A stretch of DNA of 62,908 nucleotides, the filler included, from Bigelowiella natans CCMP2755 (Eukaryota > Protista > Cercozoa), in assembly GCA_000320545.1 (NCBI GenBank). It is 8 parts of 8 records of this genome, joined end to end, with 100 filler letters (N's around TTAATTAATTAA, not from the genome) between each part and the next. Parts side by side here need not be neighbours in the genome. Positions count along the whole stretch, not along the records: positions 9,071 to 27,060 come from ADNK01000322.1; 7 more parts are not named here. One strand, given 5' to 3'. Shown in pieces: positions 11,544 through 25,362 of this stretch. A program made the translations under genes and the position numbers. The notes beneath the pieces are model-generated. The model was not told the origin of the DNA. It was given only the letters and a program-made list of their open reading frames with translations, and searched no databases. Within the stretch, counting starts at the first letter, position 1. The number at the start of each line of letters is the position of its first letter.

Positions 11544-13650
11544 TCACGAGAACGAGTCGAAGGATGTGCGAATCCTAGCCTGGAATATCGGCTTGTTTCC
11601 TGCCGCGCTACCGCCGGGGTTGGCAGCCGTGGAGGCGATGAGCCCACAATCATTCACATCATCGTCCTCACGGTCCCACGACGATATTATGGTGGAAATG
11701 GCATCCATAGCGTCGGCGTTGCCCAAGTCTTTCGATGAAGAGGCCATCGACTTTTGGCCGCCCTCCCCCGCCCCCCCCGCCGCAGCAGTGGCGGCGGCGG
11801 CGGACGCCGCCGCGGCTACGGCCTTGTTCTTGCTCATGAGCCCGTCTGAGATGAGCGATGTCATGGCGGAGGTCCCCGACGACGACGATTCGGAGTGGTT
11901 GTGGGGGGAGGAGGAGGAGATTGCCGACCCGAGCATGGCGTCGTTGAGGTCGTCGCGCTCCTCCAGGATGCTGTCAAAGAGGGAATCTCCAGGAAGCGTG
12001 GGGCTATGCATGCCCTTCAGGTCGGGGCTCTCTATCAAGCTCGAGAGACCGGAGCTCCCCACGCCGCCCAGGAAAAAGCTGGACGAGTCGCTGTAGTAGG
12101 AGGGAATCAAAGGCGTGCTATGCGCCCTTTTGAACGCTCGCACCCCCCCCCCGCCGCCGCCGCTGCTGTTGGCCGTGCGGCTGCTGTTGCTGCTGCTGTT
12201 AAGCAGGAACCCGGGGGGTTTCAGCAAGCGCGACATGCTACCATCATCGTACAGCATATCGTCTGGGAGGAAGAGGGAGGCTGCTCCTCCAGACGATGAC
12301 GATGGCGCAGCGGGTAGGTCGTTCGGTATGGAACTCTTCAGATCGCCGGTGTTGCTGCCCCTGTTTGATTTGTGCTGCTGCTTCTTTTTCTGGCTACTTC
12401 TCTTGGGCCTTTTCCGGAACCCGTCCTCCTTTTTTGTCGTCGACGTTTTCTTGCCGGTGAACATCGAAGCGATGGTTTCTGTGCTGGCGTCAGTAACAGC
12501 GTCAGCTAAGCCGTCGCAGGCCTTATCCTCGAAGATCTGGGTTGGGGGGGGAGGGGGGGGAGGGGGTGGGACAAACGGAAGAATAGTGAGCGCGTGAAAT
12601 ACTCGAGGCAGCATCATTCTCGGCACATAAGTAACAACTCCTTCTCCTCCTCCTCCTCCTCCTCCTCCTCTTCCTCCTTTCATCTCACATACCTCATCCA
12701 ACCACGACGCAACGTTCGGATCGCCGCTGCTGGTGTCCTTGGCTGGGTCCAGCATCCAGCTACTGTCGTCCATGAACGTCGAGCAGTCAAACGATTTCGC
12801 AGCCCGGAGCTTGCTCGAGGAAACCCTACATGAATACACGGAAGCGGCGACGACGATGCGAGAACAGCGACAACAGCGACAACAGCGAGTCAGAAATAAA
12901 TAGCGACGACGACGACGACGACGACACTAGTAGCCGAAGCAGATTCATCGCCCTTCTCCCGCGCTCCTGCGGCTACAAGATGAGAAGTGGTGCGACATGC
13001 AAGGGGGGGGGGGGGGGGGGGGACAACACTACCGCTACTTCTACATACCTCGGGCGCTTTTTGGCTGGCTGGGGCGGCCTGCAGTCAAACGATTTCGCCG
13101 ACGTCACGAACCGAACCGCACGTGAGCCGAACTTCTTCAACTCGTTGAGTGTCTTGAACACCGGCGAGCCGCCCTTGGAGCGGCCATCACCGCCGCTCGC
13201 ACCGCTCGGAACGGCCTCGAGCATGCTCGACGCAGAGCCGTGCGCTGACGGCGCAGTCGCAGGCTTCATCATCGCCCCTGCCCCTCCATCACGCTTGAAC
13301 AAGAGCGAGTAGCTGCCTTTCATAGACGACGACGGGGAGAATGGCGTCGAGGCCTGGGAGGGCGGGTAGGACAGAACTCGGTGCTGGTTGGCAGATGACG
13401 TTGACGCCAGTGATGACGGGTCTAACAGCTGCTGCTTCATCGAAGGAGCTTGGGGCGCTCCTCCGTAAATGAACGACGTCGAGACGGCTTTCCTCAGGCT
13501 CTTCCTCGGCCGTTTGGGAGCAGCTGGCGGCTTCGTCTTCTTGCGCAATGCACCCGAAGATGTGGTGGAGGGTTGCATCAGCGTCATCGTCGAGATGTCA
13601 TCCAGGCTCCGGGCGCTCGGTAGGAAGGGCGTTGGCACGGCTGATAGGAA
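11544..13650 (-). CDS. Ser/Gly/Ala-rich disordered coding exons, probably the C-terminal part of the HMG-box gene
   Basis: Long GC-rich minus ORFs 12973-13638 and 11544-12839 on the same strand and directly downstream of the HMG exons. They are separated from those exons by a low-quality stretch at about 13650-14050. Confidence 0.55.
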
Positions 13651-14244
13651 GGCCAGGGGGGGGGGGGGGGGGGGAGGGTTTTAAAAGAGGGGGTTTTTTT
13701 TTTCCCCAAAAAAACTTTCAAAAACCTTTCCAAAAGGGACCCACCCCACTAAAAAATAGGGGATAAGGGGGGCAAAAGGAACACTCCTTTTCCCCCCCTA
13801 CATCCCATTTTCTTTTATTACCCCCCTCCTTTCAGGAAACCCCCCGCCCCTTGGAGGGGAACCCCCCCATATGTGTGAGATTTTCCTAACAGCCAGAAAA
13901 GTCCTAGAGGGCGAGAGCTTCCCACCCTGGGGCCCCCCCCCCCTTTTCCAAAGGGGGAGAAACGCAAGGGCCCCGCACCCCTTTAAAAAATTCTTCTTCT
14001 CCTATTCCCTCCCTGACAGGTTCTATAGGGGGGGAGGGGGGAGAGAGCGTTTGTTCAGGGACTTGTTTTGTTATTTGCCGAGTAATAATGAACAACAATT
14101 GGAGAATTAGGACGCAGGGGGGAGAGTGAGAGACGGAAAGGATATAAAGGTGGCGGCAGTCAAAAACCCCTTCTCTCTCTATCTCCTTCCTCGCATATAT
14201 GTATAATGGGAGAATGTGATTGAGTTGTAGATTATTTTTCTCAC

Positions 14245-14296
14245 CTTATCTTGCTCTGCCATATCTTGAAACACTTTTCGTTCCTGCGCAACGAGG

Positions 14297-14342
<46 letters not shown>

Positions 14343-15319
14343 CTTACGTTTATCTTTTTAATTTTTGTATATATGCGTGTGCATGTGCGCGTGTACACGC
14401 GCAATACCTGCGCTGATAGCGCTTTCCACCTTTGTCCTATGATGCGAGCCACCTAAAAGGATCATGCAAAAAAAAAGGATAAATAGAGCGTTCAGCAGTG
14501 CATGTTTTCTAAAAAGTTTCAGCTTCTTCAATGCGAGAATTCTCGCTCTCGAAGAACTAACTCTCCAATGCGAGAATTCTCGCATTGGAGAGTTAGTTCT
14601 TCGAGAGGAAAATGGAGGTCAATCGTCTCGCTATATTTTGTAGTTAAAAAAGCAAAAAAGACGCTGTGGGGTGCTGATGGCATGGCAGGTCTGCGTTTTG
14701 ATTTCCTCTCGTTGCTGCCCTCCGCTCTCTCCCTCTCCTCCTTCCCAACTACCTTTTCGTTGTGGAGCACACGGTCGTTGTCCTCGGGGATGTCCTTGCA
14801 CAACCGTTCTCGGACCGAGAGTTGGAAGAAGTTGTATCTTTTTTTTTTAATAGAGGGGGGGGGGGGGGGGGAGAAGGAAAGGGAAACTAAACTTAACGGC
14901 CCTTCTAAACATGCTATTGCCAACACATACATGCCCGTGATAGATTATTTCTTCATCGCATGATCACTGCATCGGCATCTCATTCGTTCGCGCGCCCTTC
15001 CCCCCCCACCCCTCCCCAAGATCGCTCGATATTTCGGAATATGTAGAAAATCACGTCATTAGCAACGTACCCTGTCTTCGGATGTTTGGGTTTCTTCGGC
15101 TTCATGCCACCGCGCCTTTGAGAGGCGGAATGGCGGATGATTGCCTCCTTGGAGTCGACAGAGTAGCAACGCTTCAGGCCCATTCTAAGACACGAACATA
15201 TGTTTAGATTTCTGCTTACCTCAGGGGGCAAGTAGTTGTAGCAATCGGCTACTGTTATGGGACAAAATCACGGGAATGCTTGTGATCTCGTCGCCAGTAA
15301 ATATATGTATACATGTATA

Positions 15320-15355
<36 letters not shown>

Positions 15356-15936
15356 TATTAGCATTGTAGTTGCCGCACTGCTTAATTGTTACCGTGCACG
15401 GCCCTTAGTCTTATAGAGCGAAGAAGCTACTTGGGGTTTCCTCATCGATCCCGCCATGCCTGCCTTCGACTGGCGTTTGCGCGTCGTTGCGGAGGAGTAC
15501 ATGCCGATGTTCTTAAGTGCCGCTGTTGCTGCCGCTTCCACGGCGATAGACTTGCCACCGATGCCTCGTGCTACCCCCATAAGATTCAGACCTACAGCCT
15601 TCTTAAGCGCTTCGTTTTTCACACCGAGTCCAACGCCAGGAGCGCTTGTTTTCAGCGATGAAATAGCGTTGCCTTTAGTGTTGTTAGTGTTGTTGTTGTT
15701 GTTGTTGTTGTTGTTGCCAATCGCCGATTCGAGTGAGAACGCTCCAAAGTTGCGGAGATTCGGTTCTTCTCCGGGAGTGCAGACGGCAACGATGTGATCG
15801 GGGGGGGGGCGTGCGACCTGTTTTAACAAACACCCAAAGACAGGTTTTTTCAAGCCTACGCTTCCTGCGGATTATTTCAGAATCTGGCCAGAAACTAAAA
15901 GGGAAATTGGCATCTTACGAAGCGGTAGTTGGCATC

Positions 15937-15968
<32 letters not shown>

Positions 15969-16692
15969 CATTATCATCCTAACATATATTTTCTGGCAAT
16001 TGACTACATTTCGAACCAAAGTAGCTAATTATTACCATGCCAGCAGTAGTGCTCACCCAGGCCAACTGGCCCGTAGTATTCTCACGCGCAAGAACTAGCC
16101 ACTCATTCGTCCTTGGGTTGAATACTTTGGGATTATGAGCGAATATGATATCCTGCGTCCTCGTTCTGGAGCTTTCGTCGTTGGCAGGTCCGTTTTCTTG
16201 TTTCTTCTTCATGCCAGTACTGCTGGCATGATTCTTCTTCGCCATGCTCGAGGCGACTATCTTCTGAGAACTCTGATGTATCTGGTGATGCGACCCCTTT
16301 TCAACGAAGCTGTCTCCAAAAACGGGGAGGAGTTTGCCGTTGTTACTGAAGCCGGACACGAATACGTGTGGCTTGTTCGCCTTTATGTCGTTACTGACTT
16401 GGCCAACACTATTGGACAGGTCGTTGGCTTTGAAACCTGAAGGGGGGGATATTTGTTTGTGGGTTTGGACTGGTTCTTGTCGCCTTTCTCGTATGTCTCC
16501 TGGATGAAGAGGAGGGAGAAGGGCCTTTGCGGAGTTATAATTGATGGCTGGGTGGACTATTTCTCGTCGCCTTTTGCGGCCTTGACTCTGGGGGGGTGCA
16601 ACTTCTCCTCTCGCTAACCACGAGAGCGGCTGATAATTGTCCTGAAACAGTCCAACCCCTTCTCGTGGGCAATCTGCGGCTACTTGTGCCAT
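14245..16692 (-). CDS. HMG-box domain protein (multi-exon)
   Basis: An exon ending at 15071 plus exons 14753-14837, 14408-14452 and 14245-14283 splice in phase to PKKPKHPKTGYNFFQLSVRERLCKDIPEDNDRVLHNEKVARIIGQRWKALSAQERKVFQDMAEQDK, a canonical HMG box. Upstream minus ORFs 15389-15853 and 15979-16704; candidate ATG at 16692. Confidence 0.85.
14546..14607. repeat. Perfect 62-bp palindrome in an HMG-gene intron
   Basis: CTCTCGAAGAACTAACTCTCCAATGCGAGAA|TTCTCGCATTGGAGAGTTAGTTCTTCGAGAG: 31-bp arms that are exact reverse complements, with no spacer. Confidence 0.97.
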
Positions 16693-17054
16693 TCCCGCGT
16701 CCAAGCCCCTCCTCGATTACCTGCCTACTTCTCGTGGGTAGGGAACAGCACAAACGAAGCAGAGAGGCACGCGAAATGTAATCCTTCTTTTATACCAAAT
16801 CCTGGGGATTTTGAGTAGCGACAACAAAATAATGCCCAAAATGCTAGAAATGCTCTGAACTCCCCGGCCGACAATGTTCAAATCGAAGCATGGTAGGATT
16901 AGAGATTACGTTCGAATCTCGTGGTTTTTCCTGGCAAAGGGGATTTATTCTCTCTAATCTCTCTTTTTACCTATGCTACACACGTCATTTGATTCTCTTC
17001 TCACTCTCTCTGCATTTGGCATTCTAGGAGTTTCCGGTAGATTTCTTGGCAACC

Positions 17055-17112
17055 GGGAGATTGGGCAATACCGGCTACTAATGGGAGATTGGGCAAAATA
17101 CCGGCTACTAAT
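17055..17112. repeat. Tandem direct repeat (2 x about 29 bp) in a divergent intergenic region
   Basis: GGGAGATTGGGCAATACCGGCTACTAAT followed by GGGAGATTGGGCAAAATACCGGCTACTAAT. Confidence 0.9.
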
Positions 17113-17267
17113 AAAATGTGGCCCGTGCGAGGTTTTCTTGGGCGGGAAGTATGATTTCGAAGGATTAGAGGACATTTTAGGATTGAGACGTACCTTGACA
17201 TGGTATTTTACTTATCTTTTCGCCGTCTGTTGCCCCACTTCCACCACTCGGCGAGCCAGCATTCATC

Positions 17268-17854
17268 ATGGATGGCAAGATCGAAGACATGGTATTTTTG
17301 GCAAGGAGATGGGTTGATAGGGAAACAGGCTTCTAGGAGATAGTCTTCATCATTCCCCCCACCCTGATATGTAAATGTGTGCGTGAATTAGCCCATCATC
17401 GATATGGAGATGGCAGCGAGCCAAGTGGACCAAGACATGGAATTCTTGAGGGAGTTAATTCAAGACTTCATGGAAGAATTCAATAGCAAAAAGGAATCGA
17501 GCACTGAATTGGTAAAGCGGATGGCAAAAGACAAAAAAGCTGTGAAGGTGTGCCTTCACCCAAATGGAATTCAGTTGTTCACTCATCCGCTAATATTTTC
17601 TTCTTGTTTAGGAGGTGCAATCACGTGCACATGCAGTTAAAGGCTCTGCCTTAAATATTGCACTACGGAGGGTTGCAGCTCTCTCTCTTAAACTAGAGTC
17701 TCAGGCGAAGGTGTACGTAAGTGAGGATAAGTGTCCGAGCGACGAAGAAGCTAAGGCGATGGGAGATGTATGGGATTCCCTTTGCAATGAAGCCACAAAA
17801 GTGCAGGAACAGTATGACGCTATGATCAAAGAGAAAGAAAAGGAAGAAGATTAA
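17268..17854 (+). CDS. Stand-alone histidine phosphotransfer (HPt) protein, 3 exons
   Basis: Exons 17268-17291, 17392-17547 and 17612-17854 give MDGKIEDM-PIIDMEMAASQVDQDMEFLRELIQDFMEE...-EVQSRAHAVKGSALNIALRRVAALSLKLE. This matches the HPt motif AHxxKGSxxxxG/A with the phospho-His and the upstream D-x-EFLxELxxxF helix. Confidence 0.88.
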
Positions 17855-18439
17855 TTGTTAGAATTTGTTGGAGAAAATAGGAAGTAATGTAAAACATATG
17901 GAATTGTATAATTTGAGGAAATAAAATTATTGACACCTTAAGAGAATGATTCTCAGTTAAGTTAGGAAGTTAATTTTACTATCTAAAGTATGACTGAAAT
18001 TTTTTATTGCGACCGTAGAGGGCACAGATGACATATTGAATTGAAGGTGTGCTTTCGTAGCTTATGATCTCTTCCATGTAGAGGTTTGACTTATAACATC
18101 GCACATTGATAAGCTCATCAGCTGCGAAAAGGCTGGGAATCAGCCGATCTGATTGGAGGCTCAGGTCAATCGATGGTCATCAGCGCTCGGTAGCATTTGC
18201 ATGTATGTCACGAGTAGCCAAAATATGACTAATTGGGTTAGTGATCAAACCCGGCAATTCCAGCAAAACCGCCGAATAGCTTCTTTGGATCCTTTCGCAC
18301 GCAACGTGCTGCAATTGCCGAGCAGAATTGTGTGATCTGCTGAGTGTGGGCAATTACATGCATAGTTTCGGTATGCGTAGCCGTGCATGTAATGTGCATG
18401 GCATGGCATTACTCACACGCACGCGATAGCGATGTCATG

Positions 18440-18477
<38 letters not shown>

Positions 18478-18906
18478 GTGAGGCAATATTTATGATCGAT
18501 GGAGTAAAAAAGTGTGGCGAGCTAGCGCAGTCTGTCGATTAACGTAAACGATGTATGTACGACGCATGGTACATGGCGTCCGCGCGAGCATCGATGCATC
18601 GCAACATAGCTACGAGTTCTGTTCCCAACCAACCCCGCAATCTCCGCGGATGCAAATTGAAAGGAACTGTTTGCAGCTGCCGCCTAGCTGCGCAGTGCAA
18701 TGTCGTGCTAGCGTGGGCGGATGGAAAGTTCAAAGCATCGCTGAAAAATAAGATTATAGTAAGCAGTATCGCTAGATCGGGCTATAAAAAATACAGCTTG
18801 ATTGCTATGATCGATGTCTAGCTTGGCATGCTGTGCATGCGGTTTGTTGAGGCTTTGAAAACGGGTCATTGGTAGTATTCAGCCAAACATGTGCCTGCTC
18901 GGGGAA

Positions 18907-19716
18907 TTACGTCACAGCAACCCAGGGCTGCGTTATGTTAACAGCTTCGATGCGTATGTTGTTGATGATGTAGAGGAGGAAAATGAGGCCGTGTGTATAG
19001 TAGTAGACATAGGCCATCATGCATTTGGGATGTCGCAATGCAAAATTTGCCTCGCTAAAGCTGAACGACATCAACTTTGCCATCCAATATTGAGTATCTG
19101 ATGACAAACACTCATTAAGAAAATTGAATATGACAATATTTGCTTTTAATTCAGGTCGATTTGTGATCACGTATTATTAAATCCCGGAGATTCTACTCTA
19201 GACGAGATGGCAATAACACCAGCCCCATCGTCGCATACATACCGGTAACAACACACATATTTCTCGTACTCATGCAGTACAACGTGATATTTTTAAAATA
19301 GGCTAGCATCCGTAGGACAGCACCCCTTTTGCAAAAAAATCAAAGGAACAGTCACGTCTTACATGAATAACGCCCGTATCGATTTTGTTCTAATGCCGCA
19401 CGCGTACTTGACCAACAGCCGCCTCGGATCTGCAATGGGTTACCGGACGTTTTCAAGAAAGCCAAGAAATTGCAAGTCTTCAAAAAATGTAGATTTCGCA
19501 ATTTCGAGCACTGGTGCTTCTGCCCAGCGACTGGCGAGGACAAAACATGTCGGCACGCTTTCCGTTTGATTTTATCTTGCAAAACAACTTCGTCGATCTC
19601 CTCCCGTCAAGGGGTTCTTATATTAAATTACCGTTTCCTTTAAACTTTTTCGGGCAAATGTACGCTGCTTGCTGCCCGTCCATCACCTTCGACATCTACC
19701 AATACATGCACACAAT

Positions 19717-19809
<93 letters not shown>

Positions 19810-20269
19810 TATTAATATATAAATATATTCACATGTCAATATGTAAAATACATGTATACAATTTGATATTGAGGGAGCTGCGAAGAAACACATCATAATA
19901 ACTCAAACAGCCATCTCTTCCTTCTCGAAGATCAAGCGATGTTTGCAGATCCTCGTCGTGCGGTTGCTCGGCGAGGTAAACGAGCCGAAGAAGGAAAAAA
20001 ATCTCTCGTTTCGCAGCCGTCCCAATCGCTGGAAAACACACACACACACACACACTCTCTGGCGACAAAGAGCCTAACAAGGCAGCCGCTTATTGCGCTC
20101 TTTCTCTTTTGCTTCTTCTACTCTCAAGACATCCACGTGTTCTTTCATAAATAGCCTCTGTCCTAGTGATTCGACATGCAGAACCAGGCCCACTCTACTA
20201 ATAACAGAAGGAGGCGCACCAGCTCTCGAATCTCCAAGATGCGAAGATTCACAGCTACCAACTGCGCGT

Positions 20270-20310
<41 letters not shown>

Positions 20311-21094
20311 ATATATATAGGTTTTCAATGCCACAGTAATTCAAAATCTAAGCTCTACAAAGGCCTTTCTTTGGATGATAAATACGAACAGCCCACACTG
20401 TAGCACCATCATAATTTTTGTTTCCGGAATAACCCAATTCAATATCATTGTCATCAATCGCCATCAATCGCCATCATCATCATCATCATCAACAACAACA
20501 ACAACAACTGCAAAATAATCTTCATTATCATCCTCATCATGATCCCTCCCCCTAAACGGTGCAAAAAGATATTTTTCAACCTTTACGTCCTGATTAACTT
20601 GAACGTGCATCCCTGCGAGGCACTCGAGAAGCTTCTCGCCGATGCTAGCATGCTATACCGGTGGTGGAACAACAACAACAAAAACAACAATAAAAACAAG
20701 AACAAAAAACAACCACCATAAAACGAAGTAAAGCAAACGGACAACAAAATGCATCGTTGTGTCGGCCGCCGCGTTCACACCCAATCACAAGGCACGCCAT
20801 CTTGACAATTCGCCTCCCTACCTTTTGGATGTAATTCGGAATGAAGTATATATTTGGGTAGACGTTCCCCGACGTGGCTCGCTTCTGATCTCACCAATAA
20901 CGAGTAGAACAACCGACATGTTTGATGTGAGGCGCGTGGCAATGCTCTTTTAGTCGCGCGGTGAAAGCTGCGAACTGTCTTTTGAATGGAATTCGGTTTC
21001 GATCGAAGAATACATTGCATCGGGGGTTATGCAAGGGACAGTAGAGAGCACAACAACGCCATAACGACTATGAGGTGGTGGTGCTGCTTCTATC

Positions 21095-21131
<37 letters not shown>

Positions 21132-24100
21132 GAGATGGTGACGGGGAGGTGGAGCAGGAAAGAGAGGAGACTAAAGGAGGTAAAACCTTGGTTGTTAGAT
21201 CGCTCGCTAATTGTGGTTGAGCTCCGGAAGAAGCCTTCGTGTCACCAGGGAGCTTACTGAGCGAAGGCCCTTTCAAACATCGATACATACATTACTTAGT
21301 GACGCATAATCGGCACGTATGGATGGACTCCGCCAGCGTGAATCCCCCCGAAAGGGTCATTCGGATGCTGTCACTCCTCCTCTGGGGGAAACAAATGCCA
21401 CTTTGGAACAGATGTCCAAACCCATCGGTGGCAAGGAGAAAGGGGTGTTTTAAGCCAGGGGGATACTACTATTTGACCCTTTCTGGTCATCATCACCGCC
21501 ACCATCATCACCATCGTCTTCGTCGTTCGTTTGCCGTCAGTCATCGTGATCATGGTGTAATATGGGGAATGCGGGTGTAATGCGTTGGGTTTTATTACTA
21601 TCACCCGAGTGCGACAGAATCCAGAGCGGCACGGCCTCTCTGCGTATCTCAAAATACGCCTGATCACGCACGAATGATGATGATGATGATGATGGCGATG
21701 ATGATATCGATGGTGATATTGAGGATGATAACGAATTTAGCGAAATGCCAATTCGTTTCAATGGATTGACAGACTCGATCATGGCAGGACAACCCCACGT
21801 GCGAAGTTAGATGAAAAAGTGGAAGGAAAACTACAGAAATAAATGGCTATGCTGCATTCAACCCGCCACAACACGCATTGGGCTCTTTTGAACGAACGAC
21901 ATTTTGCAAGTATCCCCTTTGCAGATATTCAGCCATGCATCGATGAACGGTTCAAAACCCAAAAATCACGATTGATTTTCAACCTCCACCCCCCCCCCCT
22001 CTCCCTCATCTCCAATACGTTTCGATCTTGGATACTGGCGTCTCTTATGCGAACCTGGTTAGATTGTATCACACAGAGATATGGTTTTAAATGTAGTGTG
22101 GCAATCCTACAGCCGCCACAGACAAAGTGTTCGTTCATCATTGCGTCGTTTTGGTCCTTATCAAATACCGCCATGTGCTCGCGCCCAAACGTGAAAGATG
22201 GGGAAATTGATACGAGGTGACGTTGCGGAAATGAGGATGGTGATGATAATGATGATAGTGCTGATAAGGATGATGATTTAGAATTCTATCCAGTACCAAG
22301 CCTTGGTCTTTTCCTGCTCGCGTCTCCACGAGCCATCTAAAGCAACCACGTTTCATTGTTTTCATGTTCTTTCTCCACCACCACCACCACCACCATCTTC
22401 CTCCTTTTCTTCTTTTCATTTTCTATTTCTTCTTCGTAATGTATGAAAGACAACGACGATAATCTTATGAACAATGTTTTGCCACACAAGAAAGAAGGAA
22501 AAACGTTTGTTTCAGAGATTTGACAAAGAAACGATTGGAAACAAGGAAAAATCAACATCTGGAATACTATTGACAATCTTACACAAACCGACCTCAAACC
22601 GATGTCGCAGCAGTACTGCCGTGCAATGTTCAAATCGACTAAAGGCAGGAAGAACGGAAACAACGGGGAGAAATCGCGCAGAATTACAGAAATAAAATCG
22701 GAATCAGCATCAATCAATCAAATCAATCAATCAATCAGAAGGCCAAATGGCTTCGCCTGCACCCAGCGCCAACCCAAAACAACGGGTAGACGCCTATAAA
22801 ACTCCAGGAAAACATCTTTCCTGGTACAAGACGGGCTATTTTCCGTTACAGTCGGAAGAATGAAGGTCAAAAGGCATCCGGAATTCCAAGAAAGAACAAA
22901 AAAACACGCTGCTTTGGTTGGCTCGCAAATGCTCTTTACATATTCGGATCGGGTAGCGATATTCCGCCCGAATTCCTGAGGCTATTAAAATTGAAAATCC
23001 CACCAACGGAAAGAGAGGGGGGGGGGGGGAAAGGGGAAGTCGGGTTTAAGGCGTTAGGATTAGACCGAGATGAAACTGTGGCGGACTGAAAAGGAAGAGA
23101 AAATGCTGTCTTTGGGAAAAGGGCCAAAGGGAAAAAGATTTTCTTCGAAAATGACCTTCATCTTGGTTCAGCGGCAGGATTTCAATTAAAAAACACGCAC
23201 ACGCACACCCGCGGCCGCGCGCGAGCACATTTGTCCTTTCTGCTTTTTTGACTGTGTAATGAGCTGTACTACTACTACTACTAATACTAACAATACTAAT
23301 ACGACCCCATAGCTTCGCTGCCAGCTTTATCCTCACGTCCATGTCGCTCATGTTGTTCGCCCCGCTGAAGTGAAAAAAGTAATGAAATCACGTTGGCATT
23401 CTCCCAATCGCTCGCAGAGATACATGTTTTCTTTCTCCCCACAAACAGCGTCGTAATCGCAGTAAAAACGGCGAGAATGTGTTGATGCTTGCGTGTGTGC
23501 TCGTAAGGCTGTACTGTGCGCTGAAGATGAGGGACGATGTGTCTTGTAGCCTATGATTGCGTCAAGAATTCAGTATGGAAGGAAGGGGGGGGGTAGGAGA
23601 TAGATAGAGAGATGGAGTGAGAGTGAGTGAGTGAGAGAGAGAGAATATAGAGAGAAAATCCAACTAATATTGTCTGAGAAAACAGTTCCATTTTGAGATC
23701 AATATACACGCGGCTCAACAATTCGCTGCCCCTCCCCCCACCCCGTGAGCCACTTCTCAGAGTAGTGTAGCATCAGTCAAGTACCCTGGGAGCCGTCTTC
23801 CAATGTTGGACGCCGCTCCAGCGGTCCCCCCCCCTTGCTTCAGATAACTCTTTGGTGACGATTTATCATTTCTTGCCACTGCCTGATGAGTCAGACGAAA
23901 GTGATGACGATGGTGGTAATAGCATGGGGTTATATGATAAACGAGGGCGCGACGATAGCGCCCTCCACCCTCAATTCCATCGGCCAATCAGGACCAAAAG
24001 TCTCTTCGTTAAAGTTCTATGTAGACTAAGGGGTGAGGGGCAAAACTACTTGGATTATTTTTTCCACTGCCAGGTTCAAGCTGAAGCAAGAGAATGCAAA

Positions 24101-24320
24101 TAGAAACACCAACAAATGAAAGTCTGTGAGCGGTATAGATGCATAATCTGCGTCATTGCGAATATCGTCGTCGTCAACTTCCTCAACCAATACTGACGTT
24201 TATTTGATCTAGTAGCACTAAGTACCAATACCCAATCGCCTCAAGCGGCTTTTGCATTTCCTGAAACCCGCATAAACGCAGGCAAACAAACACGTGTGTA
24301 CAAACCATCAGGGAGGGAGG

Positions 24321-24356
<36 letters not shown>

Positions 24357-24935
24357 GAGTGTGGGGGAAGGGGAGGGGGGGGAGAGAAGGACGCTTTGAC
24401 TCGAAACGCGACACTGTGCAACCTTGGTTGATGTGATGACTGGAGGAGAGAACGTTGCGACCAGCTCATCGTACCTACGGCCACGCATAAGGCGATTTCA
24501 GATGGGGTATCTTCTGTGTTTGTCGCTCCCAGCCATCAGATGCCGGATGGGTACAAGATCCTCGATGATATATTGTGGTCTCGGGGGTATTCAATCCCCC
24601 GTTATTTCCAGCAAGTATTCGCGTCTCTATCAGATATATATGATTATGTATCATGTTCGTCAGGCCGCTGCCTTGACCTGCCCCCGATAGCAATAACTTC
24701 TCCTAGCCCCCCCGTCGTCGTCTCCTCTCCGTACGTGCACACCTGCAGTGTCACAGAAGTTGTTGTTGTTGTTGTTGTTGTTGTTGATGATGATGATGCT
24801 GATGCTTCTGATGCTATTGCTACTGCTGTTCTCAATGCTGGGATTATTCAAAATTTCGATTCGAAAGCGAAGGAAGAGCATCGTTATTACTAAAGTGGTA
24901 CGTCAAGATGCATTATCGGATAGATAACACACACA

Positions 24936-24974
<39 letters not shown>

Positions 24975-25322
24975 ATACCCACTCACTCGCACTTTCATGT
25001 ATGCTGCATTCATTCGCATCATATACAAACAACACACCTGGAAGATGAGCCCGGACTTGAACATCGGCTCTTTCAGCGCCAGGCCCGGATCGAAAACCAC
25101 GCGAGAGCTGCCAAACAGCATAAAGAACATCACGTGAAGATTATGGTGATAGCAACCCATAGGAGGGGGGGGGGAGGAATGAACTGCCGAATCCAAGATT
25201 CTGCCAAAACATCTAGGTGAACGAAAGGCCGGCCAACAGAGAGCACTCGCCGTGACATGTTTAAGCCATGAAATTGGGAATCGACTTGGGTCGATTTGAA
25301 AAACAGGCAATTAGAATATTAG

Positions 25323-25362
<40 letters not shown>

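Noticed and set aside
13650-14050. Homopolymer-rich G/C/A/T stretch resembling a G-quadruplex or novel element
   Set aside because: It begins right after a poly-G run and looks like degraded read sequence. Similar noise occurs at about 9071-9330 and 56580-56720.
19514-19896. ORFs with YIYIYI, HTHTHT, RERERE or CVCVCV runs
   Set aside because: They are translations of intronic dinucleotide microsatellites.
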